A stretch of 64,000 nucleotides of DNA, taken from the NCBI GenBank assembly GCA_025354965.1, contig JANXLW010000158.1:5266-69265 (forward strand). Direction: 5' to 3'. The notes beneath the pieces are model-generated. The model was not told where the DNA came from. It made no database searches and saw only the letters and a program-made list of their open reading frames with translations. Of this stretch, positions 50,764 through 60,295 are shown piece by piece. This DNA is from Betaproteobacteria bacterium (GTDB taxonomy: Bacteria > Pseudomonadota > Gammaproteobacteria > Burkholderiales > Burkholderiaceae_C). A program made the translations under genes and the position numbers. The first letter of the stretch is position 1. Each line of letters begins with the position of its first letter.

Positions 50764-51282
50764 TCACAAAGGATGTTCGGTGTAGAACTTGCCGCCATGA
50801 AACAACAAGGGTGAGGCGCCAGTACGATGTGCGCAGCGCTCTACTTCACCAACAAATATCACGTGATCGCCTTCAAAATAGCGGCTTCGGTTAAAGCATT
50901 CAAAAGTGGCCGCTGCGCCAGCCAGCAAAGGTGCGCCTTCGATACCCTGCTCGAACGCGACGTCGGCAAACCGGTCTACCCCCTTGGCGGCAAATCGCTT
51001 GGCGAGATTTATCTGGTCAGCGGCCAGAATGTTAATGGCGTAATGCGAGCCGGTGCTGAATGAAGCCAGCGATGCGGCTGCTCTGGCCAGACTCCACAGC
51101 ACCAGGGGCGGGCTGAGCGAGACGGAGTTGAAAGAGTTGGCGGTGAGGCCAACTAGCTTGCCACTGGAGGCGCGAGCTGTCACTATCGTTACGCCCGTGG
51201 CGAACATAGCCAGTGAGGTTCTAAACTCGGTTTGGGAAAAATTGGGGGCTTTTGCCCTGAGGCTCGAATCAAGCAAAGACAT
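50764..51282 (-). CDS. Flavin reductase-like (NAD(P)H-flavin oxidoreductase, HpaC/RutF fold)
   Basis: FRTSLAMFATGVTIVTA...LTANSFNSVSLSPPLVLWSL, 172 aa. Confidence 0.88.
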   Translation of the reverse strand: MSLLDSSLRAKAPNFSQTEFRTSLAMFATGVTIVTARASSGKLVGLTANSFNSVSLSPPLVLWSLARAAASLASFSTGSHYAINILAADQINLAKRFAAKGVDRFADVAFEQGIEGAPLLAGAAATFECFNRSRYFEGDHVIFVGEVERCAHRTGASPLLFHGGKFYTEHPL

Positions 51283-51291
51283 AAGCGCAAT

Positions 51292-51960
51292 TTACCCGAG
51301 TTTCGCTTCTGCCGCCTGCTGCATGGCCGCCAGTAAAGTAGCGGCATCCTGTGCGCCCGACACCGCTACTTTCTGGTTGAAGATGAAAAATGGCACGCCT
51401 GTGATGCCCCGGCTTCGAATATTCGCGTCCGCTGCCGCCACTGCCGCCAATTGGTCGGGGTTAGTTACAAAAGCGTGGGCCGTCGCGCCGTTCAGTCCCG
51501 CTTCTTCTGCAATATCGGTCAATACATGAGTGCTGCCAATGAAGCGGTTTTCTACAAAATAGGCCCTCAGCAAACGCTCCTTGATATCACAGCCATCTGC
51601 ATCACCCAACTGGGCGAATGCAAGCAGGGCGTGAGCCGCAAGAGTATTTGGCTGCAGCATGATGCCGTCAATATTGAGCGCCAGCCCTGTCGCCAGACCC
51701 GCAGTGCGCACGCGCTGGTAGATTTCGGCCGCGCGTTCAGGCCCACCAAATTTATCTTCCAGATATTGCTTGCGCGATACACCTTGGAGTGCCAAGTCGG
51801 GGTTGAGCTGAAACGGGTGCCAGCGGATCACGACTTTGGGAAGACTGGCTGCCTCCGGCAAGGTCAACGCCAACTCAAGTTTGCGCTTGCCGATATAACA
51901 CCAAGGACAGACAACGTCGGATACCACGTCAATGGCGAGGATGGGGGTGTTCATTGACAA
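51292..51960 (-). CDS. DsbA-family thiol oxidoreductase (FrnE / HCCA-isomerase-like)
   Basis: IDVVSDVVCPWCYIGKRKLE with a CPWC active site, 222 aa. Confidence 0.85.
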   Translation of the reverse strand: MSMNTPILAIDVVSDVVCPWCYIGKRKLELALTLPEAASLPKVVIRWHPFQLNPDLALQGVSRKQYLEDKFGGPERAAEIYQRVRTAGLATGLALNIDGIMLQPNTLAAHALLAFAQLGDADGCDIKERLLRAYFVENRFIGSTHVLTDIAEEAGLNGATAHAFVTNPDQLAAVAAADANIRSRGITGVPFFIFNQKVAVSGAQDAATLLAAMQQAAEAKLG

Positions 51961-52131
51961 ATTGTAGGTGGCATGGATGGCGTCTCGCTGCGCGCGCTGG
52001 AACCGCCCCCAAAAGAATGGTTCGACCAGGAATGCTTATTGACTGACTCAAGTCGAGGCAATCTCGCCACAAATGACGCGGGCCCGCGTGGCGGGCCCGA
52101 TCCAGCGCCATTTCGGCGCGTACTGAACAAT

Positions 52132-53247
52132 TTATGCCAGTAAACTGTCGGCGCTTACATAGGGGTAGCCCAAATCCCTAGCCACCGCTTCATAGGTAAC
52201 GTGCCCGTTGGCCACGTTCAAGCCGTTCTTCAAGTGCGGGTTGTCCTTGAGGGCTTGTTTCCAACCCTTGTCGGCCAGTGCCACAGCGTGTCCGATGGTG
52301 GCGTTGTTAAGTGCAAAAGTCGAGGTACGGGCTACCGCGCCAGGCATGTTGGCAACACAGTAGTGCACCACGCCGTCCACCACATAAGTCGGGTCGTCAT
52401 GGGTGGTCGCGTGCGAAGTCTCAAAGCAGCCGCCCTGGTCAATGGCTACGTCTACCACCACGGCACCTTTTTTCATGCGCGAAATCATGCTGCGTGTCAC
52501 TAGTTTGGGCGCGGCTGCGCCAGGAACCAAAACTCCACCGACCACCAAATCGGCGTCCAGCACGGCATCTTCCACACTTTGCGCGTTGGAATACACGGTG
52601 TTGATGCGATTGCCAAATATAAGATCCAACTGGCGTAGGCGGTCCACGCTCTTGTCCAGTACCGTTACCCGCGCGCCCATGCCCACTGCCATTTGCAATG
52701 CATGGGTGCCAACGACACCGGCACCAATGATGGCCACATGGGCCGCTGGCACACCGGGCACACCGCCCAACAGGATGCCCATGCCACCCTTTGATTTTTC
52801 CAGATGTGCGGCGCCCGCCTGCACCGCCATGCGTCCGGCAACTTCGCTCATTGGAGCCAGCAAAGGCAGGCCGCCACCGGGACCGGTGATAGTCTCGTAA
52901 GCGATGCAGACGGCCCCTGACTTGACGAGTGCAGCGGTCTGTTCCGGATCCGGTGCCAAATGCAAGTAGGTGTACAGAATCTGCCCGGGACGCAGCATCG
53001 CGCACTCTTGCGGTTGCGGCTCTTTGACCTTGACGATCATGTCGGCCTTGGCGAATACTTCTTTGGCATCCGCAGTCAGTTTGGCGCCCGCCGCCTTGTA
53101 TTGCTCGTCAGTCAGGCCAATGGCGGCTCCGGCTCCGGCTTGCACCAACACCTGATGACCATGGGTGGTAAGTTCACGCACGCTGGCTGGTGTGAGTCCA
53201 ACGCGGTATTCGTGATTCTTGATTTCTTTGGGTAGTCCGATCAGCAT
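52132..53247 (-). CDS. ald: Alanine dehydrogenase
   Basis: [20 protein letters not shown]...IIGAGVVG. Start set at the ATG preceded by GGAGA; the track ORF is extended to 53313. Confidence 0.93.
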   Translation of the reverse strand: MLIGLPKEIKNHEYRVGLTPASVRELTTHGHQVLVQAGAGAAIGLTDEQYKAAGAKLTADAKEVFAKADMIVKVKEPQPQECAMLRPGQILYTYLHLAPDPEQTAALVKSGAVCIAYETITGPGGGLPLLAPMSEVAGRMAVQAGAAHLEKSKGGMGILLGGVPGVPAAHVAIIGAGVVGTHALQMAVGMGARVTVLDKSVDRLRQLDLIFGNRINTVYSNAQSVEDAVLDADLVVGGVLVPGAAAPKLVTRSMISRMKKGAVVVDVAIDQGGCFETSHATTHDDPTYVVDGVVHYCVANMPGAVARTSTFALNNATIGHAVALADKGWKQALKDNPHLKNGLNVANGHVTYEAVARDLGYPYVSADSLLA

Positions 53248-53328
53248 GCTGTTCTCCAGGCTCATTGTTGTGAAAACGTGCAGTGTGATGCAAGACGCAC
53301 GTCCTGAAAACAATAATTAATATCTCAG

Positions 53329-53357
53329 TCGCTTCATTCAAAAATCTAATGAAGCGG
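53329..53357 (-). terminator. Hairpin between mmsA and ald (possible internal attenuator)
   Basis: CGCTTCATT-caaaaatct-AATGAAGCG, a 9-bp stem with no clear U tract. Confidence 0.3.
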
Positions 53358-53403
53358 TCCGAACCGGGTGCCGAGTTTCAACTCGCGGTCTCTGATGAAT
53401 TGC

Positions 53404-54909
53404 TCAGCGGTTGGTCGGAAAGCTGAACACTGCGCCCTCGCGCACGCCGGCAGACGGCCAGCGCTGGGTGATGGTTTTGCGCTTGGTATAAAAGCGTACA
53501 GCGTCGGGGCCATAAGCCGACAAGTCGCCAAAAAGCGAACGCTTCCAGCCGCCAAAAGAGTGGTAGGCCACAGGTACCGGCAGCGGTACGTTAACGCCCA
53601 CCATGCCAACCAGAATGTTGTCGCTGAAGTATCTTGCCGCTTCGCCGTCACGGGTAAAGATGCAGGTGCCGTTGCCATATTCATGAGCGTCGATCAAGCT
53701 CATCGCTTCTTGCAGGGTCTTCACCCGCATCACGCCCAGCACCGGGCCAAAGATTTCTTCCTGATAGATTTTCATGCCTGGTTTGACGTGATCAAACAGG
53801 CAAGCGCCCAAAAAGTAGCCAGCCTCATGGCCGAGTACTTTGACGCCGCGGCCATCCACCACCAGGGTTGCGCCTTCGGCAACTCCCTGGTCGACAAAGC
53901 CTTTGACCTTGTCGAAATGCGCTTGCGTGACCAGTGGGCCCATGTCATTTCCGGCGTCGATACCGGGGCCAACTTTCATCTTTGCAATCTCGACCTTCAG
54001 GCCCGCCACCACAGCGTCGGCGGTGGCGTCGCCCACTGCCACCACCAGCGGAATGGCCATGCAGCGCTCGCCACAGGAACCATAGGCAGCGCCCATCAAG
54101 GCGCTCACGGCGTTGGGAACGTCGGCATCCGGCATCACCACCGCGTGGTTCTTGGCACCGCCTAGTGCCTGAACCCGCTTGCCATTGGCGCAACCGGTGG
54201 CGTAGATGTACTCGGCTATCGGCGTCGAGCCGACAAAACTGATGGCCTGCACGCGTTTGTCGGCCAGCAGTGTGTCCACTGCCTCCTTGTCGCCGTGCAC
54301 CACGTTGAGCACACCGGGCGGTAATCCGGCTTGCAGCGCCAGTTGCGCCACCAGCAGCGCGCTGCTGGGATCACGCTCGGACGGCTTGAGAACAAATGTA
54401 TTGCCGCAAGTCACCGCCATGGGCCACATCCACAATGGCACCATGACCGGGAAGTTGAACGGCGTAATGCCGGCGGTGACTCCCAGTGCCTGAAACTCGC
54501 TCCATGAGTCCATTGACGGGCCAACGTTTTTACTGTGTTCACCTTTGAGCAACTCCGGCGCGTAGCTGGCGTACTCAACGTTTTCAATACCTCGTTGCAG
54601 CTCACCCATTGAATCACTCAGCACTTTGCCGTGTTCGGCGGTGACGAGAGCGCAAATTGCTTCAGCGTTATCTTCCAGCAAATTTTTTAGTTTGCTCATA
54701 ACACGCGCGCGCTTCAGCGGTGGCGTGGCGCGCCAGGCCGGATAGGCCGCCTGCGCGCAGGCAATGGCTTGTTCGACGGTGGCTTTGTCAGCCAGCAGTA
54801 GCTGCTTTTCCGCTTGGCCAGTGGCCGGGTTGAAGACGTCCTGCGAACGGCTGCCGCCAGCCACCAGCTTGCCGTTAATCAGATGTTGAATCAAGGGGAG
54901 AGTTTGCAT
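53404..54909 (-). CDS. mmsA: CoA-acylating methylmalonate/malonate-semialdehyde dehydrogenase
   Basis: ALDH family. MQTLPLIQHLINGKLV..., catalytic region GERCMAI, about 501 aa. Confidence 0.9.
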   Translation of the reverse strand: MQTLPLIQHLINGKLVAGGSRSQDVFNPATGQAEKQLLLADKATVEQAIACAQAAYPAWRATPPLKRARVMSKLKNLLEDNAEAICALVTAEHGKVLSDSMGELQRGIENVEYASYAPELLKGEHSKNVGPSMDSWSEFQALGVTAGITPFNFPVMVPLWMWPMAVTCGNTFVLKPSERDPSSALLVAQLALQAGLPPGVLNVVHGDKEAVDTLLADKRVQAISFVGSTPIAEYIYATGCANGKRVQALGGAKNHAVVMPDADVPNAVSALMGAAYGSCGERCMAIPLVVAVGDATADAVVAGLKVEIAKMKVGPGIDAGNDMGPLVTQAHFDKVKGFVDQGVAEGATLVVDGRGVKVLGHEAGYFLGACLFDHVKPGMKIYQEEIFGPVLGVMRVKTLQEAMSLIDAHEYGNGTCIFTRDGEAARYFSDNILVGMVGVNVPLPVPVAYHSFGGWKRSLFGDLSAYGPDAVRFYTKRKTITQRWPSAGVREGAVFSFPTNR

Positions 54910-54922
54910 AAATCGGCGGGCT

Positions 54923-56272
54923 TCAGGCTGTTTGGTTGATGGATTCGCCCAGCGCATTGATCAGGCTGTCGATCTGGACCGGGGTCGTGATGAAGGGCGG
55001 TGCAAGCTGAATGGTATCGCCACCGTATCTCACATAAAAGCCTTTTTTCAGCATGGTCATGGCAATTTCGTAGGGCCTGCGGGCTGGCTCGCCCGGCAAG
55101 GAATCAATGGTAAAGCCTGCGGCCAGACCATAGTTGCGAATATCGGCGACATGTTTTACACCTTTGAGACTGTGCACGGCATTCTCAAAGTACGGTGACA
55201 GCTGTTTGACCCGCTCCACCATGTTTTCCCGTACCAAAATGTCCAGCGTGGCCAACCCAGCCGCGCATGGCACCGGGTGTGCCGAGTAGGTGTAGCCGTG
55301 AATAAATTCCAGCATGTAGTCCGGCCCGCCCTGCGCCATGAAGGTGTCGTAAATGTCCTTCTTTGCCAGCACCGCGCCCAATGGCTGCGCACCGTTGGTG
55401 ATTTGCTTGGCAACATTCATGATGTCAGGCGTTACACCAAAGGCCTCGGCGCCTGTGTAAGCCCCCATGCGCCCAAAACCGGTGATGACCTCATCAAAGA
55501 TCAACAGGATGTTATTGGCGGTGCAAATGTCGCGCAGGCGCTGCAAGTAGCCTTTGGGAGGAATCACCACACCAGCCGAACCGGACATGGGCTCGACGAT
55601 GACGGCGGCAATGTTGCTGGCATCGTGCAGCGCAATCAGCTTGAGCAAGTCGTCGGCCAGCTCCACACCCTTGTCCGGCATGCCACGGATAAACGATCTG
55701 GCAGGCGGCTGCGTGTGCGGCAGATGATCTGCTGCAATGCCCTGGCCAAATGTTTTGCGGTTGGCCCCAATGCCACCCACCGAGATGCCACCAAAGTTGA
55801 CGCCGTGATAACCTTTTTCGCGCCCGATCAACAGGCTTTTGCTTGCCAGACCCTTGGCGCGCCAATATGCGCGGGCCATTTTTAGCGAAGTGTCAGCCGA
55901 CTCGGAGCCTGAGCCGGTGAAAAACACATAGTCCAGCCCGGCTGGTGTCAGCTCTTTAAGTTTGTTTGCCAGCGCAAATGACAACGGGTGACCGTACTGA
56001 AATGCAGGCGAATAGTCCAGTGTGGCCATCTGGTGGCTCACCGCATCAGTAATTTCCGTGCGCCCATGACCCAGACCGCAGCACCACAGACCAGACAAAC
56101 CGTCAAAAATCTGCTTGCCATGGATATCTGTGTAGTAACAGCCCTTGGCGCTTGCCATCATGCGCGGATTGCTCTTGAAGTTGCGGTTGCCGGTGTACGG
56201 CATCCAGTGCGCGTCGAGCCATGCAGCATCGGTGCGAGTGGGAGCCAGATGTTTGGCGTCGTTCATGTCCAT
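54923..56272 (-). CDS. Class-III omega-amino acid (beta-alanine):pyruvate aminotransferase
   Basis: About 449 aa. HWMPYTGNRNFKSNP...FTGSGSE...DEVITGFGR, typical of omega-transaminases. Start ATG preceded by AGGAGA. Confidence 0.88.
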   Translation of the reverse strand: MDMNDAKHLAPTRTDAAWLDAHWMPYTGNRNFKSNPRMMASAKGCYYTDIHGKQIFDGLSGLWCCGLGHGRTEITDAVSHQMATLDYSPAFQYGHPLSFALANKLKELTPAGLDYVFFTGSGSESADTSLKMARAYWRAKGLASKSLLIGREKGYHGVNFGGISVGGIGANRKTFGQGIAADHLPHTQPPARSFIRGMPDKGVELADDLLKLIALHDASNIAAVIVEPMSGSAGVVIPPKGYLQRLRDICTANNILLIFDEVITGFGRMGAYTGAEAFGVTPDIMNVAKQITNGAQPLGAVLAKKDIYDTFMAQGGPDYMLEFIHGYTYSAHPVPCAAGLATLDILVRENMVERVKQLSPYFENAVHSLKGVKHVADIRNYGLAAGFTIDSLPGEPARRPYEIAMTMLKKGFYVRYGGDTIQLAPPFITTPVQIDSLINALGESINQTA

Positions 56273-56395
56273 AGTGTCTCCTTCATGGGGGAAAAAATTG
56301 GCTGGCGCCCTGATTGCAAAGCTGCGCTCGCATCGACTACTGGTGCTCGAAAGCACTCTTGCGATAGTGATCGATTCTGTTACTCTCATAAATGT

Positions 56396-56417
56396 ATAAC
56401 TATCACTACTAAGTTAT
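56396..56417. promoter_or_regulatory. LysR-type T-N11-A box candidate
   Basis: ATAACtatcactactaaGTTAT in the divergent spacer between the aminotransferase operon and the LysR gene. Confidence 0.35.
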
Positions 56418-56465
56418 CATTTTATGCAAGTAAAAAGTCGAGCTGCTTTGGGACAGTTAAGCGAT

Positions 56466-57347
56466 ATGGACATTCGCCTACTGCGTGTGTTCAAAAGCGT
56501 GGTTGAGTGTGGGGGCATGGCGGCGGCCGAGCTGGAGCTCAACATTGGTACCTCAACTGTCAGTCGCCATGTCAAGGATCTGGAAACCCGTCTCGGTTTG
56601 ACGCTGTGTCGGCGCGGTCGCTCAGGCTTTGCTTTGACAGTGGAAGGCGAGCGAATCTATGCTGAGACCCTGCGCCTGCTGGCCGGCGCCGACGCGTTTC
56701 GTGCCAGTGTTGATGAAATTCACCGTCGCATGGGTGGGCAGCTAAATATCGCAGTGTTTGACAAAACTGCCAGCAATCCAGCCGCCCGCCTCGGCACGGC
56801 TATTGCCCTATTTTCGGAGCTTGCACCCGAGGTGAACCTGCACTTGTTTGTAGCCCCGCTCAATACCATTGAGCGCGGTGTTATCGATGGGCAGTTTCAA
56901 GTGGGGGTGATTCCGGGGCACCGTAGCTCAGAGACCTTGGCATACCAGGAGCTGTTCGACGAGACCATGCTGCTGTATTGTGGTGAGCAACATGCGCTGT
57001 TCACGGCTGAGTCAGCTGATATGAATTGGGAAGATTTGCGGTCGTACAACTTCACAGGTCTGGGCTATCACTCGCCCAACATGGAAATCAGTCAGCAACA
57101 ACGATTGACACGCAAGGCCACGGGCTACGACCAAGAATCAATTGCCACGCTAATACTGTCGGGCAAATACTTGGGATTTTTACCAGACCATTACGCGCAG
57201 GCCTTTGTGCTGAGTGGCCGCATGCGCGCTGTCAATCCGATATTGTTTCATTACGCGTGCAGCTTTTTCAGCATCGTGAGGCACTCTCCTCAGCCGTCCA
57301 GGGTGACGCGTGCATTTCAGGACTGCTTAGTGCAGGTCCACAGCTAA
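56466..57347 (+). CDS. LysR family transcriptional regulator (divergent from aminotransferase operon; BauR-like position)
   Basis: MDIRLLRVFKSVVECGGMAAAELELNIGTSTVSRHVKDLE HTH. Confidence 0.9.
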   Translation: MDIRLLRVFKSVVECGGMAAAELELNIGTSTVSRHVKDLETRLGLTLCRRGRSGFALTVEGERIYAETLRLLAGADAFRASVDEIHRRMGGQLNIAVFDKTASNPAARLGTAIALFSELAPEVNLHLFVAPLNTIERGVIDGQFQVGVIPGHRSSETLAYQELFDETMLLYCGEQHALFTAESADMNWEDLRSYNFTGLGYHSPNMEISQQQRLTRKATGYDQESIATLILSGKYLGFLPDHYAQAFVLSGRMRAVNPILFHYACSFFSIVRHSPQPSRVTRAFQDCLVQVHS

Positions 57348-57532
57348 GGCTTCGCGCACTCGTCAAATCGCCGCGCTCACCAGAGTGAGTCGCAGCTGTG
57401 AGAGTTCTACTCGAATCCTTTTTACCAGAGTCATGGGCGGTGAACCGAGCTTTTGATATTTCGCTATGGCGTGCATCTTTTGTAACTGAAAAGTAAAATT
57501 CAACTTTATGAGAGAACATCAGATCTTCTTAT

Positions 57533-58441
57533 ATGAGCACTTTTGACCCCAACGCACTGGAGTGTCTCGCGGCCATTGTGGAGGAAGGGGGTTTTGAGCG
57601 CGCAGCAGTGCGCCTCTCCATCACCCAGTCAGCGGTGTCGCAGCGCTTGCGCTCGCTGGAGGTTCAGGTTGGCACCGTGCTAATCGTACGCAGTCGCCCT
57701 CTGCGGGCCACCTCTGCGGGTCGTCTGCTACTCAAGCATGCGATGCAGATGCGACTGCTCAGGGCAGACCTGGAGCGCGATCTGAAAGATGTGGCACCCG
57801 GCGCTTCGGGAAGTGGTGGTGATGAGGAGCGAATTTCAATTGCCATCAACGCGGACAGCATCGCCACCTGGGCTTTGCCGGCGCTCACCCGGTTGGCCCG
57901 ACAGGGCTTGGGTCTGGAGATCATTACCGATGACCAGGATTTCACCATCGAGTGGCTGCGTGAGGGTAAGGTGTTGGGATGTGTCACAACTCTCAAGCAG
58001 GCTTTGCGCAGTTGCAAAATGGTGCCATTGGGCGCTATGCGCTACGTTGCGGTAGCCGAAGCAGTCTACGCGTCTGAGCACTGTTCCGAGGGCTTGTCGC
58101 CCTACAACTTTCGCAAAGTGCCCTTCATTGCCTTTAACCGCAAGGACGATTTGCAGTCCGAGTTCATCGGGCGCGCCTTCAATCTCAAGCACGTCGCATT
58201 GAGTCAGTTGTACGTGCCCAGTTCGGAGGGTCAGGTGCGCGCTGTTCTGGCTGGTTGGGGTGTCAGCGTCGTGCCAGAGCTACAGGTTCGTGAACATCTG
58301 CAGGATGGGCGTCTGGTGGACGTCGCGCCAGGCAAGGCGCTGCCGGTCGCACTCTACTGGCACTGCTGGAATCTGGACTCGGTGGTCCTGGACGGCCTCA
58401 CAGGTGCTCTAACGGCCGCTGCAGCAATGTCGCTAGCCTAG
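57533..58441 (+). CDS. LysR family regulator of the ArgP/IciA/LysG subtype
   Basis: LECLAAIVEEGGFERAAVRLSITQSAVSQRLRSLE...ATSAGRLLL, 302 aa. Confidence 0.85.
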   Translation: MSTFDPNALECLAAIVEEGGFERAAVRLSITQSAVSQRLRSLEVQVGTVLIVRSRPLRATSAGRLLLKHAMQMRLLRADLERDLKDVAPGASGSGGDEERISIAINADSIATWALPALTRLARQGLGLEIITDDQDFTIEWLREGKVLGCVTTLKQALRSCKMVPLGAMRYVAVAEAVYASEHCSEGLSPYNFRKVPFIAFNRKDDLQSEFIGRAFNLKHVALSQLYVPSSEGQVRAVLAGWGVSVVPELQVREHLQDGRLVDVAPGKALPVALYWHCWNLDSVVLDGLTGALTAAAAMSLA

Positions 58442-58517
58442 CACGCAACATGCGTTACATCCGGGGTAGTGCAGGGCGTTATGCTGTGGTCCTTTCCAGG
58501 TATTCAGAGGTATCAAG

Positions 58518-58931
58518 ATGAGATTTAAGTTAGTCAGATCACTGTTGACGAGCGCGCTGTTCGCCGTTGCGGCTGCCAGTGTGTCGTTATCTTATGCTGG
58601 CACGCCTTCAGCAGCTGATGTCAAGCAGGTCGCAACGATGCAAAGCAGCGGCGCTCTATTGCTGGATGTTCGTGAAGCAGATGAATATGCGCAGGGACAT
58701 GCTCCTGGGGCCATATTGATTCCGCTGGGTCAGTTGGACCAGCGCCTGACTGAAATTGCACGCTATAAGAATCAGCCGGTTGCGCTAATTTGCCGTTCCG
58801 GAAAACGGTCGGCGAAGGCGCAAAAGCTGCTTGAACAAGCTGGTTTTAGCGCTACATTTAATGTCGAAGGTGGCATGATTGCCTGGCAAAAGTCGGGTTT
58901 GCCGGTTGTCTTGGGAGCGACGCCACGTTAG
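58518..58931 (+). CDS. Periplasmic single-domain rhodanese (PspE-like sulfurtransferase)
   Basis: Signal peptide and active-site loop LICRSGKRS, 137 aa. Confidence 0.88.
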   Translation: MRFKLVRSLLTSALFAVAAASVSLSYAGTPSAADVKQVATMQSSGALLLDVREADEYAQGHAPGAILIPLGQLDQRLTEIARYKNQPVALICRSGKRSAKAQKLLEQAGFSATFNVEGGMIAWQKSGLPVVLGATPR

Positions 58932-59350
58932 CGAACCAGTAACACTGGCACTTTGCAATGTGCCAGAACCTGTGTCGCGACCGAGCCCATCACCAGGTTG
59001 ACCAAGGTGCCGTGTCCATGCGAGCCCATCATCAACAGGTCGAATTTTGCTTTGTCGGCCAACTCGGCAATCCGTTCGCCCGCGTGACCGCATTTCCAGC
59101 TACTCTTGGCGTCAATGCCATGGCGAAGCAGGAACTTGGACACTGGTGCCAGCACCTTTTCAGCTTCTTCAGCATAGTACTTATCCACAATTTCCTTGCC
59201 CACGGCGGCCCTTGCGCGCGGTGGCAAAACGGGCTGGACGGTGAACACTGTGTAGTCGTTGCGGGCAGTAAATAACTCATCGTGAGTGGCAAGGTACGCC
59301 AACATTTTTTTTGTGTATGGACTGCCGTCTACAGCAAGAAGAATTTTCAT
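58928..59350 (-). CDS. Universal stress protein (UspA family)
   Basis: MKILLAVDGSPYTKK...LMMGSHGHGTLVNLVMGSVATQVLAHCKVPVLLVR. Internal ATG of track ORF 58928..59614. Confidence 0.9.
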   Translation of the reverse strand: MKILLAVDGSPYTKKMLAYLATHDELFTARNDYTVFTVQPVLPPRARAAVGKEIVDKYYAEEAEKVLAPVSKFLLRHGIDAKSSWKCGHAGERIAELADKAKFDLLMMGSHGHGTLVNLVMGSVATQVLAHCKVPVLLVR

Positions 59351-59399
59351 TCTGGGCCTCATCTGCAAAATGCCAGTGTACTCAAGACCCTGGCCGAGC

Positions 59400-60242
59400 T
59401 CATAGCTCAATGCAATTGGCGGCCTGGAAAGCTGTCTGTTCGTTTTTTCTTGCGTAGCCCAACGGGTTGGCAATGACTCGGCATCCATGCTTGGCATAGT
59501 CGCTCGGCGCATGCAGGTGACCATGTAACCAAAGCTGGGCGCATGGCAACAAGTGGTCCAGTGCATTGCAAAATCCTGCGGTACCGGGCTTAAGTCCATA
59601 GCGCGGATCAGCACTCAAAAGGCTGGGCGCGAAATGCGTCACCACGACGGTGGTACCGCAAAACGGCTCAGCCAAAGCCTTCACCAACCAGTCCTGGCAT
59701 AGCAGGGCCTGCGCACGCACGGCCTCAGCCAGCATGGGTGAACCGTGTCGTGTAGTGCCGGTTTTTTTGAGGTAGTAGTTGGCCGCCCGAAACGCCTTGT
59801 CGCGTGCCTGCAGCTGTTGCGCAAGCAGCCCCCCTGTCGGGAAATTGTCTGCGGACTCGGGCGGTCCCAGCGCGTCAAAATCACTCCACAAGGTGGTGCC
59901 AACAAAGCGAATCTCATCGCCCTGTGTGCCAGGGTACGTCACAACTTCTCTATCGAGCCAGCTGATACCCAGACGTTCGCATGTTTCATGCAGACGCGCG
60001 TGCGCCACATCAAAGTCAAGTCCGTCGTACTCGTGGTTGCCGGGAACAAACAGTACCGGTGTGGGCCAGCTACTTTTTGGTGAAAAGCGGGCCAGGCCAA
60101 AGTCCTTATCCAGCAACAGGGAACCGACCTGGTAAGAACCAATATCTCCGGCCAGCACCAGCAGGTCGGCGCCTGGTGCTACCGTGGCCCTCCAATGCGG
60201 ATGAACTTCCAGGTGCAGGTCTGACAGGAGTTGAATTTTCAT
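59400..60242 (-). CDS. Calcineurin-like metallophosphoesterase
   Basis: MKIQLLSDLHLE...LAGDIG...VPGNHE...LHGHLH motifs. Internal ATG of track ORF 59400..60347. Confidence 0.85.
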   Translation of the reverse strand: MKIQLLSDLHLEVHPHWRATVAPGADLLVLAGDIGSYQVGSLLLDKDFGLARFSPKSSWPTPVLFVPGNHEYDGLDFDVAHARLHETCERLGISWLDREVVTYPGTQGDEIRFVGTTLWSDFDALGPPESADNFPTGGLLAQQLQARDKAFRAANYYLKKTGTTRHGSPMLAEAVRAQALLCQDWLVKALAEPFCGTTVVVTHFAPSLLSADPRYGLKPGTAGFCNALDHLLPCAQLWLHGHLHAPSDYAKHGCRVIANPLGYARKNEQTAFQAANCIEL

Positions 60243-60295
60243 CTGTACAGCGCGCGTGGGATTGCCAGTCGGTAAAGGGTTCCAATCGGCCAAGG

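Noticed and set aside
53368-54165. 265-aa ORF on the plus strand
   Set aside because: It is antisense to the aldehyde dehydrogenase gene and is a shadow frame.
57268-57519. 83-aa minus-strand ORF in the spacer between two LysR genes
   Set aside because: It overlaps the 3' end of the first LysR gene antisense. It has no RBS and a low-complexity Ser/Ala composition.
59181-59189. Perfect DnaA box TTATCCACA inside the universal stress protein gene
   Set aside because: It is a single isolated 9-mer inside a coding region. One chance occurrence is expected at roughly this frequency in 64 kb on two strands.
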